DNA from: Bacteroidia bacterium | GTDB taxonomy: Bacteria > Bacteroidota > Bacteroidia > Bacteroidales > GCA-2748055 | Length of the DNA: 64,000 bases | Assembly (NCBI GenBank): GCA_030639005.1 | Contig: DAOWDN010000057.1 | Coordinates: forward strand, 847-64,846 | Direction of reading: 5' to 3' | Shown here: positions 47,163-56,981 of the stretch, piece after piece | Layout: each line of letters opens with the position of its first letter | Numbering within the stretch: the stretch's first letter is position 1 | Notes under the pieces: generated by a model | What the model saw: only the letters and a program-made list of their open reading frames with translations | The model's database searches: none | What the model was told of the DNA's origin: nothing | Program-made: the position numbers and the translations under genes

Positions 47163-48317
47163 TTATTGTGATCTGATTTCCAGTGAATTTAATCCTTTTC
47201 CCATGGGGAAGTGTTCCAGGGGCTCGGTAAGCAGGAAGCTGCCTTCACTGATCTGTATCTTTAAAATATCTGCAATCTTCCTGGCTTTGTAAATGCTTGA
47301 AAGAGAACCAGTCTTGATTTTTTTCTGCCTGAATTCAATCTCTCCGGTCATCAGCTCCCTGTAGTTGGTGCGACCCAACTCGGGATGGTCGGGATCGCTG
47401 TAATCAATGATCCTGGTGGTGATCTGCTCATTCCGGATCATCACCCTGGAAGCCATCTCTTCATCCAGTACCGGGATGGGGACTCCAATGCCCACAAACA
47501 TCGACACTCCGTATTTCTCATAGTAGGCTGCCTTGATATATTCAGGGCTCATGGCCGATGCATCACCAATTACAGCCAGGGTGGCCGCATTGGAGACCGG
47601 AACCCCGTGTTCGTTCACCTCCGCATCGGTTTTGAATTGTGTGCCATACCAGCTGATGTATCCGGTGGTCCCACCCAGGAAAATGCGGGTTCCTATCCCG
47701 ATGGTCCGCATCTCAGGATCGTTAAGCAAGGGACTCAGTTCTCCTGAGGTGCTGTAATTGGCATTCCCAAGCCTGGGCAGCAAGCTGCCCATATAGGTAT
47801 ACTTGATCCGGTCTGAAGTATTCACCGCCACCGGGTAGTTCTGGTATGCATTGCGCGGATTAAACATAAGCATCTCGTTGATGTTGCTTCGGTTGATGCT
47901 TGTTTTGATGTTCTTCAATGGATAGCAGTCCGTCCCCTTGGCATGTGCCACCAGTTCCACATCCTTTCCGGCAATCAGTTCTTCGATCACATGGGCTCCG
48001 CCGTAGGCCGGATCTTCCGGGTGGTTCTCTGTGGCCCCGATATAGAGGTCCACTGCCGCAATTCCGGAAAATACCGGAACCCCGTTCAGGCTTGCTTTCT
48101 CCATCCTGATAGGTGGCGTGGCGTGACCAGTATTGATAAACATCCCGGAGGAGCACATGGGTCCAAAGGTAGCGGTGGTGACCACATCCACTTTTTCGGC
48201 TACCTCTGCCGGAGAGTGGTCTCTCCCCATGGCCGCCACCTCCTCGGCAGTCAGCACCACTGCCTTCCCCTTTTTGATCTTTTCGTTGATCTCCTGGAAA
48301 CTCTTTTTAACAGGCAT
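47163..48317 (-). CDS. Homocysteine biosynthesis protein (COG1900 / DUF39 family)
   Basis: 384 aa. The start (KSFQEINEKIKKGKAVVLTAEE) and VDVVTTATFGPMCSSG are typical of the COG1900 family. Confidence 0.75.
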   Translation of the reverse strand: MPVKKSFQEINEKIKKGKAVVLTAEEVAAMGRDHSPAEVAEKVDVVTTATFGPMCSSGMFINTGHATPPIRMEKASLNGVPVFSGIAAVDLYIGATENHPEDPAYGGAHVIEELIAGKDVELVAHAKGTDCYPLKNIKTSINRSNINEMLMFNPRNAYQNYPVAVNTSDRIKYTYMGSLLPRLGNANYSTSGELSPLLNDPEMRTIGIGTRIFLGGTTGYISWYGTQFKTDAEVNEHGVPVSNAATLAVIGDASAMSPEYIKAAYYEKYGVSMFVGIGVPIPVLDEEMASRVMIRNEQITTRIIDYSDPDHPELGRTNYRELMTGEIEFRQKKIKTGSLSSIYKARKIADILKIQISEGSFLLTEPLEHFPMGKGLNSLEIRSQ

Positions 48318-48335
48318 ATATACAGTAGTTTATTT

Positions 48336-49097
48336 TTAGATAGATTCAAAATGGCCGGCCATGATCCATCCCTCACGCCCGTCAATAACCTTAATGTTCT
48401 GCCATCCTGACACCTCTTCACTTAGCTCTATCTTTGTCCCTTCGTGCAGGATAAACAGTTCAGTTCCGCTCTCACTGGGAGAACTCCTTACCACCACCGA
48501 AGGCACCAGAATGATGCCTGTATCCGGGTTGACAATTTCCCTGTGCCTCGATGCAGCCGAAGAGAAAGCAATTACAAACAGCAGCAATGTAGCCACGGCG
48601 CCCACAAAACCAGTTTTCTTTATAGCGATACGGCTGGCGAACAGATAGACCACAATGCCTGTCAGCAAGGAAATGAAGAACAGCATGGCCAGGATGCTCC
48701 ATGTATGCTCCGGCAGCAGATGTACAAACCCCCGGATCCAGGAACCCAGGAAAAGCTGTGGCACTTCGTCAAATGTATCAAGGCGGTACCGGGAGACAAA
48801 CTCCAGGTTGTTGGCAGCATCCTCGTGAGAGGGTTCCAGTTTAAGCGCTTTCTCATAGTATAGTATAGCGTAACCGATGCTGTTGGACCGGTAGGCGGCA
48901 TTTCCCATGTTGTAGTAGAGGCCGGCAGATTCAAACCCATCCTGTATCACCTGGTGGTAGATCCCCAGTGCCTCTTCATAGTCACCCTCCTCGTAGAGTG
49001 CATTGCCCTTATGGAATAGCGAATCGGTGCCGCTGGCCATCATAAAGCCCCCTGCCACTGGCATCCCGAGGATGATGATTATGATTATGCGTTTCAT
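48336..49097 (-). CDS. batE: BatE-like protein (TPR + TM + C-terminal SH3b)
   Basis: TPR region, two TM segments and an SH3-like tail (VSGWQNIKVIDGREGWIMAGHF). It is the last gene of the Bat series. Confidence 0.75.
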   Translation of the reverse strand: MKRIIIIIILGMPVAGGFMMASGTDSLFHKGNALYEEGDYEEALGIYHQVIQDGFESAGLYYNMGNAAYRSNSIGYAILYYEKALKLEPSHEDAANNLEFVSRYRLDTFDEVPQLFLGSWIRGFVHLLPEHTWSILAMLFFISLLTGIVVYLFASRIAIKKTGFVGAVATLLLFVIAFSSAASRHREIVNPDTGIILVPSVVVRSSPSESGTELFILHEGTKIELSEEVSGWQNIKVIDGREGWIMAGHFESI

Positions 49098-50929
49098 TTC
49101 AGGCTGTTTTCAAGTAAGCTGATCAGCTTGGCCGCATCGCGGTAGAGCAGGTTCATATCGGTTCTTTCGGAGGTGGGTGCAAACCTGGAGAACTCGCTAT
49201 CCTCAAGGATTCGCAGCAATTCAGTACGCTCCTTCTCAGGAACTTCCTGCTGATCCAGTTGTTCAATCACCACCTCCCGCGAAAGCTCCGAGGTTTCTAA
49301 ATTCATTTTATGTGACAGGTATCCCCAGATGGCTTTTCCGATCTCTTCATAGAATCTGTCAGCATCACCAGCCTTCCTGAGACGGTCGGCTTTCTTCAGA
49401 CGGGAACGTGCAGCCCGGCCTGCTTTCCTGTTTCGGACCAGAGACAGATCGGCATTGCGACGTGTCACCATCCGTATCAGGATCACCAGTATCAGCGCCA
49501 CGAATATAGCGACCGGATAAAGCCAGCGGTACCAACCGGTGCCGAAGATTGAAGCGGCCACTGCGGTGAAGACAGGAGGTCTCCGGGTGATGTCCCTGAT
49601 ATCGGTTCCAAGGTTCCTGACACTTTCGTGTGCCACCCCGGGAACATATACACTCACGGTGGTCTCTTCGTTCTCACCTTTCAATACAGTAAAGGAGAAC
49701 TCACCGGTGGTGGCCGTACGATAGCTCGCCGCTTTCGGATCGAACCAGGCAAACTGCACCGGAGCGATCCTGTATCGTCCCGCATGCCTTGCCACAATGG
49801 GGTATTCAAAGGTAACCGATCCTGTGATCCGGTTTCCCGATGTGGAACTTTTCAGAGACCTGGAGACATCGTACAGGTCGTGATCTGGAGGCAGGTTCAC
49901 CTCGGGTTCGCCCAGCAGAGGCAGGTTGCCGGTACCACTGATGGTGATCTTCAGACTGAGTGCTTCATTTACCTCCATCTCTGAGGCCGATAACGAAGCG
50001 CTCATGGTGAATTCTCCCACCGCTCCGGTAAATCCAGCCGGAGCTCCTGATGGCAACGGTTTCACAAGAATGGATACTGGCAATGTGGAGAGTTTGACCG
50101 GCACATCCTGGTAACCGTTGAAGAATGGATCGTCGAAAAAACTATCAAATGCACTCCTGCCACCCTGGCGCTCTACCCTCTGGGGCACCATCCATTCCGA
50201 TTCGTAGGGCGGGATCATCAGTTTGCCCGATTTCTGGGGAATCAGAATGTGGCGCTGGATCACCTGCGTCACATAAGCTTGTCCTCCGATCTCCTGTTGC
50301 TGTGCGGTTTCGTCTGGATCAACACTGTTTTTAAAGAAGCCTTCATATGGAATATCGCGGGACGATGAAGCCGGCCTGGTGTTCACACGTGTGTAAACCT
50401 TGAGTCCGGATACAAATTGTTCCCCCATGTAAACCTCTTTCTTAGAAGGAATCACCCTCAGGAAAACAGGATCGCTACCTGCAGAACTACCGGTCACACC
50501 CTCGTCCTGAGAACCGGGAGAGGAAGGTGCAGCCTGGCCCGGGGAACTGCCTGCAGAGACCACCACCACCACTTCATTGGTCAGATACTCCTTCCTGCCC
50601 ACTTTGACGGTGGCAGCGCGAATGGTATAATCACCCTCCTTCACGGCCCTGAAAACATAGGTATAGCTGACCAGCGTTTTTTGGTTCATCTTTCCATTCA
50701 CCCATTGAGAATGGGAAGAGAAGGATGAGTATGGTCCGCCGAGCAATTGAAAATCCTGCATGGAGGGAAGCCTCATGTCGCCTCTTTCAGAACCTTCCAC
50801 CACATATTGGAACTGTTCGCCAACTCTTACCACCGAAGGCGCAGTAGCGGTATACACCAGCTCCTGGCCATTCAAAAGAACAGCGAAGAGGAAGTACCCA
50901 AATACCGATGCTGTGAGTTTTCTACCCAT
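49094..50929 (-). CDS. batD: BatD-like oxygen-tolerance protein
   Basis: 611 aa with a signal peptide, a large extracytoplasmic region, one late TM (YPVAIFVALILVILI) and a 4-nt overlap with batE. Confidence 0.75.
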   Translation of the reverse strand: MGRKLTASVFGYFLFAVLLNGQELVYTATAPSVVRVGEQFQYVVEGSERGDMRLPSMQDFQLLGGPYSSFSSHSQWVNGKMNQKTLVSYTYVFRAVKEGDYTIRAATVKVGRKEYLTNEVVVVVSAGSSPGQAAPSSPGSQDEGVTGSSAGSDPVFLRVIPSKKEVYMGEQFVSGLKVYTRVNTRPASSSRDIPYEGFFKNSVDPDETAQQQEIGGQAYVTQVIQRHILIPQKSGKLMIPPYESEWMVPQRVERQGGRSAFDSFFDDPFFNGYQDVPVKLSTLPVSILVKPLPSGAPAGFTGAVGEFTMSASLSASEMEVNEALSLKITISGTGNLPLLGEPEVNLPPDHDLYDVSRSLKSSTSGNRITGSVTFEYPIVARHAGRYRIAPVQFAWFDPKAASYRTATTGEFSFTVLKGENEETTVSVYVPGVAHESVRNLGTDIRDITRRPPVFTAVAASIFGTGWYRWLYPVAIFVALILVILIRMVTRRNADLSLVRNRKAGRAARSRLKKADRLRKAGDADRFYEEIGKAIWGYLSHKMNLETSELSREVVIEQLDQQEVPEKERTELLRILEDSEFSRFAPTSERTDMNLLYRDAAKLISLLENSLK

Positions 50930-50938
50930 GGTCCGAAA

Positions 50939-51664
50939 TTACCAATCCTTTTCTGTTTTCACTTTAGCTGCTGCTGCTTTTTTCTTGTCCACCTTCTCCT
51001 TCACATCCTTCTCCTGCTGCTGGATTGCCTTGAGCATCCGTTCAGCATCCTCTTTGGATATCTCCCGTGGGACCGGCTGCTGCTGCTGAGCCTGATCATT
51101 CTGGTCCTGCTGATCCTTTTGATCCTGGTCCTGTGGCTGATCATTCTGGTCCTGCTGATCCTTTTGATCCTGCTCCTGTTGCTGATCATCCTGGTCCTGC
51201 TGATCCTGGCTCTGTTGCTCTTGCTCCTTCAGCTTCTGTTTTGCATAAGCCAGATTGTACTTTGTATCCTGATCATCCGGATTCAGCCTCAAACTGTTCT
51301 TATAAGCTTCAATGCTGGGACCGTACTGCTGAGCTTCCAGAAGGCTGTTTCCCATGTTGTGCCAGATGTGCGACACCGATTCGGGATCCCCTTCCGCTGC
51401 ACCCTGTGACTGTTCCACCAGCGACTCATATTGTTTCACGGTCTCCTCATATTTCTCCTGTCCATAGAGGGCAGTGCCGGTATTGAATTCCGCCTCAAAC
51501 GACTCCTGGTTGATGTCCCCTGCTTTCCGGAATTGCACCTCAGCTTCGCTGAACTCACCGTCGTTGTAAGCCCGCAGGCCCTGACGGATCACCTTTCGTT
51601 CATTTTGTCCCCATGCCACCACCGCGGTCAACAGAAACAGATATATAAGACCCACTCTTTTCAT
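50939..51664 (-). CDS. batC: BatC-like TPR protein with Q/D-rich low-complexity tail
   Basis: Signal peptide, TPR repeats, then QDQQDQDDQQQEQDQKDQQDQNDQPQDQDQKDQQDQNDQ. Confidence 0.75.
   Translation of the reverse strand: MKRVGLIYLFLLTAVVAWGQNERKVIRQGLRAYNDGEFSEAEVQFRKAGDINQESFEAEFNTGTALYGQEKYEETVKQYESLVEQSQGAAEGDPESVSHIWHNMGNSLLEAQQYGPSIEAYKNSLRLNPDDQDTKYNLAYAKQKLKEQEQQSQDQQDQDDQQQEQDQKDQQDQNDQPQDQDQKDQQDQNDQAQQQQPVPREISKEDAERMLKAIQQQEKDVKEKVDKKKAAAAKVKTEKDW
51092..51226. repeat. 45-bp tandem repeat (about 2.9 copies) inside batC
   Basis: The unit is ctgatcattctggtcctgctgatccttttgatcctgGtcctgtgg. Copies lie at 51092-51136 and 51137-51181, with a degenerate third copy. The repeat encodes the Q/D-rich tail on the minus strand. 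Confidence 0.85.
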
Positions 51665-51676
51665 CCTTCCACTTGT

Positions 51677-52729
51677 TTATTTTCCATCCTCACCGGTTTT
51701 AAAAAGATTCATACGCTCCAGTAGCCTGTTTTTCCTGGACCGTATAAAAAACTCCAGCACCAGGAAAAGAAGTGCAAATCCGGCAAAATACTGGAACCTC
51801 TCAGCAAATTCAGAGAAGACACGGGTAAGGACCTCTGCCCGCTCCAGTTTGTCCAGTTCATCCACCAGGCTATTGATCCGGTCGCCTGCAATGTAGGCCC
51901 CCTTTCCTTCTCTGGCAACATCTATAAGTAGTTTTTCGTTTAGTTTGCTTACCACCACCTGGCCTTCTTTATCTCTACGCTTGGAACTACTGCCCGGACT
52001 CAGCGGCAGAGGAACCCCATTGGGATCGCCAAGACCGACCGTATAGACTTTGATCCCCTTCTCGGCGGCTCTGGCGGCTTCACCCACCGCATCATCTTCG
52101 TGGTTCTCCCCGTCGGTGATCACCACAATGGCCTGGCTGGGAACACTTCTGCCCTGGGTGCCCTCACCTTCCTGGGAAGAGAATGACCTGGCAGCCAGTT
52201 TAATAGCCGATCCAATGGCAGTACCCTGTTTGGATACCATATCGGGCCCTGCACCGGAAAGGAACATTTTTACACTGGGATAGTCATCGGTAATGGGTAT
52301 CTGGGTGTAGGCATCCCCTGCAAATACAATCAACCCGATCTTATCGTTGCTCATTCTGTCCACCATCCGGTTGATCATCTGCTTGGAACGTTCCAGGCGG
52401 GAAGGCTTTATGTCCTCCGCCAGCATACTGTTGGATACATCCAGTGCGATAATGATCTCCCTCCCCTTCTGTTCCACCTCCTGAAGCCGGGAACCGATCC
52501 TGGGTCCGGAAACTGCTATAATCAACAGGACGGTTCCGGTGATCAACAACAGAAATTTCCAGTGAAGTGCATTGCCCGAAGCTTCAGGCATTAGTTCCTC
52601 GAGCAGTTCGCTGTCGCCCAGCCTGGCAAGGGAGCGCTTCCGGTGCTGCCAGTATAGTATATATCCCAGCAGCATGGCTCCTGCCGCCAGCAGAAACCAT
52701 AGTATCTCTTTATGTGCAAACTGGATCAT
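51677..52729 (-). CDS. batB: VWA domain protein BatB
   Basis: N-terminal TM segments and a VWA MIDAS motif (ALDVSNSM). 350 aa. Confidence 0.85.
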   Translation of the reverse strand: MIQFAHKEILWFLLAAGAMLLGYILYWQHRKRSLARLGDSELLEELMPEASGNALHWKFLLLITGTVLLIIAVSGPRIGSRLQEVEQKGREIIIALDVSNSMLAEDIKPSRLERSKQMINRMVDRMSNDKIGLIVFAGDAYTQIPITDDYPSVKMFLSGAGPDMVSKQGTAIGSAIKLAARSFSSQEGEGTQGRSVPSQAIVVITDGENHEDDAVGEAARAAEKGIKVYTVGLGDPNGVPLPLSPGSSSKRRDKEGQVVVSKLNEKLLIDVAREGKGAYIAGDRINSLVDELDKLERAEVLTRVFSEFAERFQYFAGFALLFLVLEFFIRSRKNRLLERMNLFKTGEDGK

Positions 52730-52730
52730 C

Positions 52731-53726
52731 TTACGGTATGGTTCGAAACAGTGTATATCTGAGGAACACTTCGGCCAGCAGGATCAGCATGGCAGCAAGC
52801 AGAAACGGGAAATACTCCTCCTTTTTCTTGCTGAATTGTTTAACATCGAGCCTGGTCTTCTCCAGCTGGTCGATCTCCTGGTATATCTCTCTCAACTTAT
52901 TGTTGTTTATAGCCCTGAAATAGGCCCCGTCTGTAGTTTCAGCTATTTTCCGCAGTACCTCTTCGTCAATCTCCACCGGCATACTCTGAGTGACGGTCCT
53001 GCCAAACATATCCTGTAAGGGAATGGGGGCATTCCCCTGTGAACCCACCCCGATGGTATAGACCCTGATCCCGAAACCTGCAGCCAGCTCCGCCGCGGTC
53101 ACCGGTCCCACATCTCCCCTGTTGTTCACCCCGTCGGTAAGCAGGATAATTACCTTGCTTTTCGCTCTGCTCTCCTTGATCCTGTTCACCGCGGTGGCCA
53201 GTCCCATCCCAATGGCAGTGCCATCTTCAATCACTCCAAAATCGATCTCTTTCAGGAAGTTGATCACCACGGCACGATCGGTGGTCATGGGACACTGGGT
53301 AAAACTCTCCCCTGCAAAAACCACCAGTCCAAACCGGTCGTTCTGTCTGGCATTTACAAATTCGATCCCCACGTTCTTTGATGCTTCAAGCCTGTTGGGT
53401 TTAAAATCCATGGCACGCATACTGCCTGAGACATCCATGCACATCACAATATCTATACCTTCGGTGGTTACCTGCTCCCACTGGTTGGACGACTGGGGCC
53501 TGGCAAGAACCACCACAATCAGTAAAACTACAGTCATTCTCAACAATGCCAGCAGATGCCTCAGCCAGACTCGTGCAGAACCCATGCGTTCGTCGAGGTT
53601 CTCAAAACCGGACAACCTCAAGGGTGCTGTACCCTTTCTACCCCTCCATAGGTACCATGCTGCCATCAGCGGTACCAGGATCAGGAGATAGAAAAAGGCC
53701 GGGTAGGTAAACTCAATGTTACTCAT
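52731..53726 (-). CDS. batA: VWA domain protein BatA
   Basis: N-terminal TM segments, a MIDAS motif (CMDVSGSM) and a C-terminal TM. 331 aa. Confidence 0.85.
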   Translation of the reverse strand: MSNIEFTYPAFFYLLILVPLMAAWYLWRGRKGTAPLRLSGFENLDERMGSARVWLRHLLALLRMTVVLLIVVVLARPQSSNQWEQVTTEGIDIVMCMDVSGSMRAMDFKPNRLEASKNVGIEFVNARQNDRFGLVVFAGESFTQCPMTTDRAVVINFLKEIDFGVIEDGTAIGMGLATAVNRIKESRAKSKVIILLTDGVNNRGDVGPVTAAELAAGFGIRVYTIGVGSQGNAPIPLQDMFGRTVTQSMPVEIDEEVLRKIAETTDGAYFRAINNNKLREIYQEIDQLEKTRLDVKQFSKKKEEYFPFLLAAMLILLAEVFLRYTLFRTIP

Positions 53727-54678
53727 CGGTCACCTCCTCCCTGTAAAATTGCGGATATGTTTTTTGCACAAAAATATAGGCGTTATTCAGGTTGGTCTGA
53801 TTATTTACCGGGAGGGGATCCTCTTTGGCAAATTTGACAAGGTCGGCCAGTTCAAGCAGCTCTTTCAGGATCTCATCCAGGATGCTATCCTCGGGATTGG
53901 ATTTCCTGAATGCATGCAAAATATCTTCCGTGGTGCGCTCCATGGCAGGAATTCCATACTGCCTTTCAATATAAGTTCTTGTAATTTCGGTCAGGCTGGT
54001 ATAAAACTGTTTCACTTCGCCTTTTTCCCATATCTTATCCTCTTTCAATCTGTCCAGTTCCCGGAACGCAATTATATGTGCAGGTTCTCTGGGTCTGGCT
54101 ACAAATTCTTCCGGGTGCCGCTTTCGAAGAAGGTGTCGCCGCAACAGCACAACCACCAGTGCCACCACCATCAATCCTCCCAGTCCCACCGCCACCCATG
54201 GCAATACTTCCCTGAAGGTAACGGGTGTATTGAGGGGAGGTTTGATGGGCTTTATCTGCTGTGTGGTATCCACTACAGGTTCATAAACCCGGATCATAAG
54301 TGGCATACTGCGGGCTGTATCGACCAGGTTGCCACTTCGATAGACCACCTCCTGTGCAGGCACCATCTGCATTCCTGCATCAAAACCAGTGATTATATAG
54401 CTCTGGTTCACCACCCTCCTGCCATCGGAATGTGTGGTGTCGGATGAAGCCGGAGAGAGCAGTTCCAGGTTCCTTCCCAGGGTATCGTGAAGTACCGGCA
54501 GTATAAATTCCACCTGATCTGCAGCCTCCACACTCAAGGTGTAGATCACCTGGTCGCCAATCATCATGGAGTCGCTGCTAAGCTCCGATTTTACACTGAT
54601 AAGCTGAGCCTTCAGCGGTGGCAGCACCACCAGCATGAAGAAAAGGATAATATGTGACAGGAATTTCAGCCTTCTCAT
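53719..54678 (-). CDS. Hypothetical membrane protein of the Bat operon (DUF4381-like position)
   Basis: Signal peptide and a central TM (VAVGLGGLMVVALVVVLL). It sits in the conserved slot between DUF58 and batA. Confidence 0.7.
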   Translation of the reverse strand: MRRLKFLSHIILFFMLVVLPPLKAQLISVKSELSSDSMMIGDQVIYTLSVEAADQVEFILPVLHDTLGRNLELLSPASSDTTHSDGRRVVNQSYIITGFDAGMQMVPAQEVVYRSGNLVDTARSMPLMIRVYEPVVDTTQQIKPIKPPLNTPVTFREVLPWVAVGLGGLMVVALVVVLLRRHLLRKRHPEEFVARPREPAHIIAFRELDRLKEDKIWEKGEVKQFYTSLTEITRTYIERQYGIPAMERTTEDILHAFRKSNPEDSILDEILKELLELADLVKFAKEDPLPVNNQTNLNNAYIFVQKTYPQFYREEVTDE

Positions 54679-54679
54679 C

Positions 54680-55543
54680 TTACCTCTGCTTGAACAGCCT
54701 CATTAAAGGTAAGACATAATCCTCGCCTGTACGAAGCGAAACATTGTCCACCCCTGCCCTGGAGAAGATCTCTTTCATAATCTCCTGGTGGCTCTCCCAT
54801 TTCATGGTGTAGTTCTCCCTGACCCGGTTCCGGGAGGTATCGATCCACATTTCACGGTTTGTCTCTGCATCAAGCACCCTTAACAGTCCAACCGATGGAA
54901 GGGAGGTTTCCCTAATATCATATACATGGAGCGCAGCCACGTCGTGTTTGTTGTTGGCCACCTGGAGCGAACGGGCATACCCTTTGTCCCTGAAATCGGA
55001 AATCAAAAAGGCGGTACACCGTTTCTTAATGGCATTGGTCAGGAACCTGAGACTCTCAGATATATCTGTACCACTGCTCTGCGGATGGCATTCCAAGAGT
55101 TCGCGGATGATCCTGAGAATATGTTTACGTCCTTTCTTGGGCGGTATGAATTTCTCGATGCGGTCGCTGAACATGATCACTCCTATCTTATCGTTGTTCT
55201 CTATGGCTGAAAAGGAGAGCACCGCGGCAATTTCGGTGATCAGGGTCCGCTTCAGCTGCTCCCGTGTGCCAAAATCGCCCGATCCGCTCACATCGATCAG
55301 CAACATGACAGTAAGTTCCCGCTCCTCCTCAAAGACCTTCACATAGGGATGGTTGAAGCGTGCAGTCACGTTCCAGTCGATGTTTCTGATGTCGTCGCCG
55401 TACTGGTACTCCCTCACCTCTGAGAAAGTCATGCCACGACCTTTGAAGGCACTGAGGTATTCACCAGCAAAGATCTGCCGGGTGAGTCCCCGGGTCTTGA
55501 TCTCTATCTTCCGTACCTTTTTAAGGAGCTCTTTTGTTTCCAC
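54680..55543 (-). CDS. DUF58 domain protein (MoxR-associated, VWA-like)
   Basis: 287 aa. FKGRGMTFSEVREYQYGDDIRNIDW is the typical DUF58 signature. Confidence 0.88.
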   Translation of the reverse strand: METKELLKKVRKIEIKTRGLTRQIFAGEYLSAFKGRGMTFSEVREYQYGDDIRNIDWNVTARFNHPYVKVFEEERELTVMLLIDVSGSGDFGTREQLKRTLITEIAAVLSFSAIENNDKIGVIMFSDRIEKFIPPKKGRKHILRIIRELLECHPQSSGTDISESLRFLTNAIKKRCTAFLISDFRDKGYARSLQVANNKHDVAALHVYDIRETSLPSVGLLRVLDAETNREMWIDTSRNRVRENYTMKWESHQEIMKEIFSRAGVDNVSLRTGEDYVLPLMRLFKQR

Positions 55544-55966
55544 TTACTTCTTTCTTGCTTCTCTCACTGTAAAATACCACTCCTGTTTGGTGAGGGTTAC
55601 CCGGATGGTATCTTTCTTCAGCATATATTCCCATTGGGACTCCCCCACTGGCTCATAGGAGCCGTTTAATTCAGCCAGTATTTTGTCAAATTCACCATAT
55701 TCACACACCTGTTTCGAAGTTTTGCAGATATCCTTCTCGGTGAAATAGAAGATCCAGGTGCGCGTTCTGAGTCCGTTTACATACTTCAGATAGTTGAATC
55801 GCTGCTTCACCACCGAATTGTCCAGCCTGAATCCCCTGTGTTTCTCTTTCATAAATACTTTCACTTCCTCCTTGGGCATACCGATTACAGATTGCCCTTT
55901 CAACACGCCGCTCAGAGAGAACAACAGTGCTGCAGTGATCAGAAAGTATGGTGTAAAGAGTCTCAT
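55544..55966 (-). CDS. Small secreted hypothetical protein inserted between moxR and DUF58
   Basis: The start is placed at Met32 of the listed ORF, giving the signal peptide MRLFTPYFLITAALLFSLSGVLKGQ and removing the overlap with moxR. About 38% GC in one hand-counted 60-nt line. Confidence 0.6.
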   Translation of the reverse strand: MRLFTPYFLITAALLFSLSGVLKGQSVIGMPKEEVKVFMKEKHRGFRLDNSVVKQRFNYLKYVNGLRTRTWIFYFTEKDICKTSKQVCEYGEFDKILAELNGSYEPVGESQWEYMLKKDTIRVTLTKQEWYFTVREARKK

Positions 55967-55985
55967 TTCCAGGGATCCTTTTAAT

Positions 55986-56981
55986 TTAAGGCACTTCCAC
56001 GTGATTGAGTATCTCCGAAACAATATGCTCTGTGGTGATATTTTCAGCTTCGGCTTCATAGGTCAATCCGATCCGGTGTCGTAATACATCGTGACAGATG
56101 GCCCTCACATCTTCGGGCACTACATATCCCCTGCGCCTGATAAATGCATACGCTTTGGCAGCTCTGGCCAGGTTAATGCTTGCGCGGGGCGATCCGCCAT
56201 ACTGTATCAAAGGCACAAACTGTGCCAGACCTGCATTCCGTGGATCGCGGGTGGCAAAGACAATATCGAGGATGTAGTTCTCAATTTTTTCGTCCAGGTA
56301 GACCTCTTTCACCACCTCTCGTGCCTTCATGATGTCGGCAGGTTTCAGGATCCGGTTGGGGACCGGGAACTCACTGGCCAGGTTCTCCCTGACAATCATT
56401 CGCTCCTCATCCCTGCTGGGATAGTTTACCACCACTTTCATCATAAAACGGTCGACCTGAGCTTCGGGTAGCGGATAGGTACCCTCCTGCTCAATTGGAT
56501 TCTGGGTGGCCAGCACCAGGAAAGGACGCTCCAGCTTATAGGTCTCTGCCCCAATGGTTACCTGCTTCTCCTGCATCGCCTCCAGCAGGGCACTCTGTAC
56601 CTTGGCGGGAGAACGGTTGATTTCATCGGCAAGGATCAGGTTGGCAAAAACAGGTCCCTTCTTCACAATGAATTCCTCCTTCTTCTGGCTGTATATCATG
56701 GTCCCAATCAGGTCGGCCGGAAGAAGATCGGGAGTAAACTGGATCCTGCTGAACGAGGCATCGATAGTCTGTGACAGGGTGCTGATTGCCAGCGTCTTGG
56801 CCAATCCTGGCACCCCCTCAAGAAGTATATGACCATCAGACAACAAACCGATTAGCAACCTTTCCACCAGTCCTTTCTGTCCCACAATCACCTTCCGGAT
56901 CTCAAGGGTGATCAGATCCACAAATTCACTCTCCTTCTTAATCCTTTCGTTGAGCTCTTTGATGTTTACGTCCTGACTCAT
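55986..56981 (-). CDS. MoxR family AAA+ ATPase
   Basis: Walker A motif GVPGLAKT and Walker B motif ILADEINR. 331 aa. First gene of the Bat operon. Confidence 0.92.
   Translation of the reverse strand: MSQDVNIKELNERIKKESEFVDLITLEIRKVIVGQKGLVERLLIGLLSDGHILLEGVPGLAKTLAISTLSQTIDASFSRIQFTPDLLPADLIGTMIYSQKKEEFIVKKGPVFANLILADEINRSPAKVQSALLEAMQEKQVTIGAETYKLERPFLVLATQNPIEQEGTYPLPEAQVDRFMMKVVVNYPSRDEERMIVRENLASEFPVPNRILKPADIMKAREVVKEVYLDEKIENYILDIVFATRDPRNAGLAQFVPLIQYGGSPRASINLARAAKAYAFIRRRGYVVPEDVRAICHDVLRHRIGLTYEAEAENITTEHIVSEILNHVEVP

Noticed and set aside
50747-51409. 220-aa plus-strand ORF with poly-Leu/Ile stretches opposite batC, and the similar shadows 53716..54447, 28600..29331, 11142..11972 and 10341..10940.
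   Set aside because: These are antisense readings of well-supported genes (batC Q/D repeat, the DUF4381-like gene, yfcC, E1). Their low-complexity or motif-free translations give no independent support.
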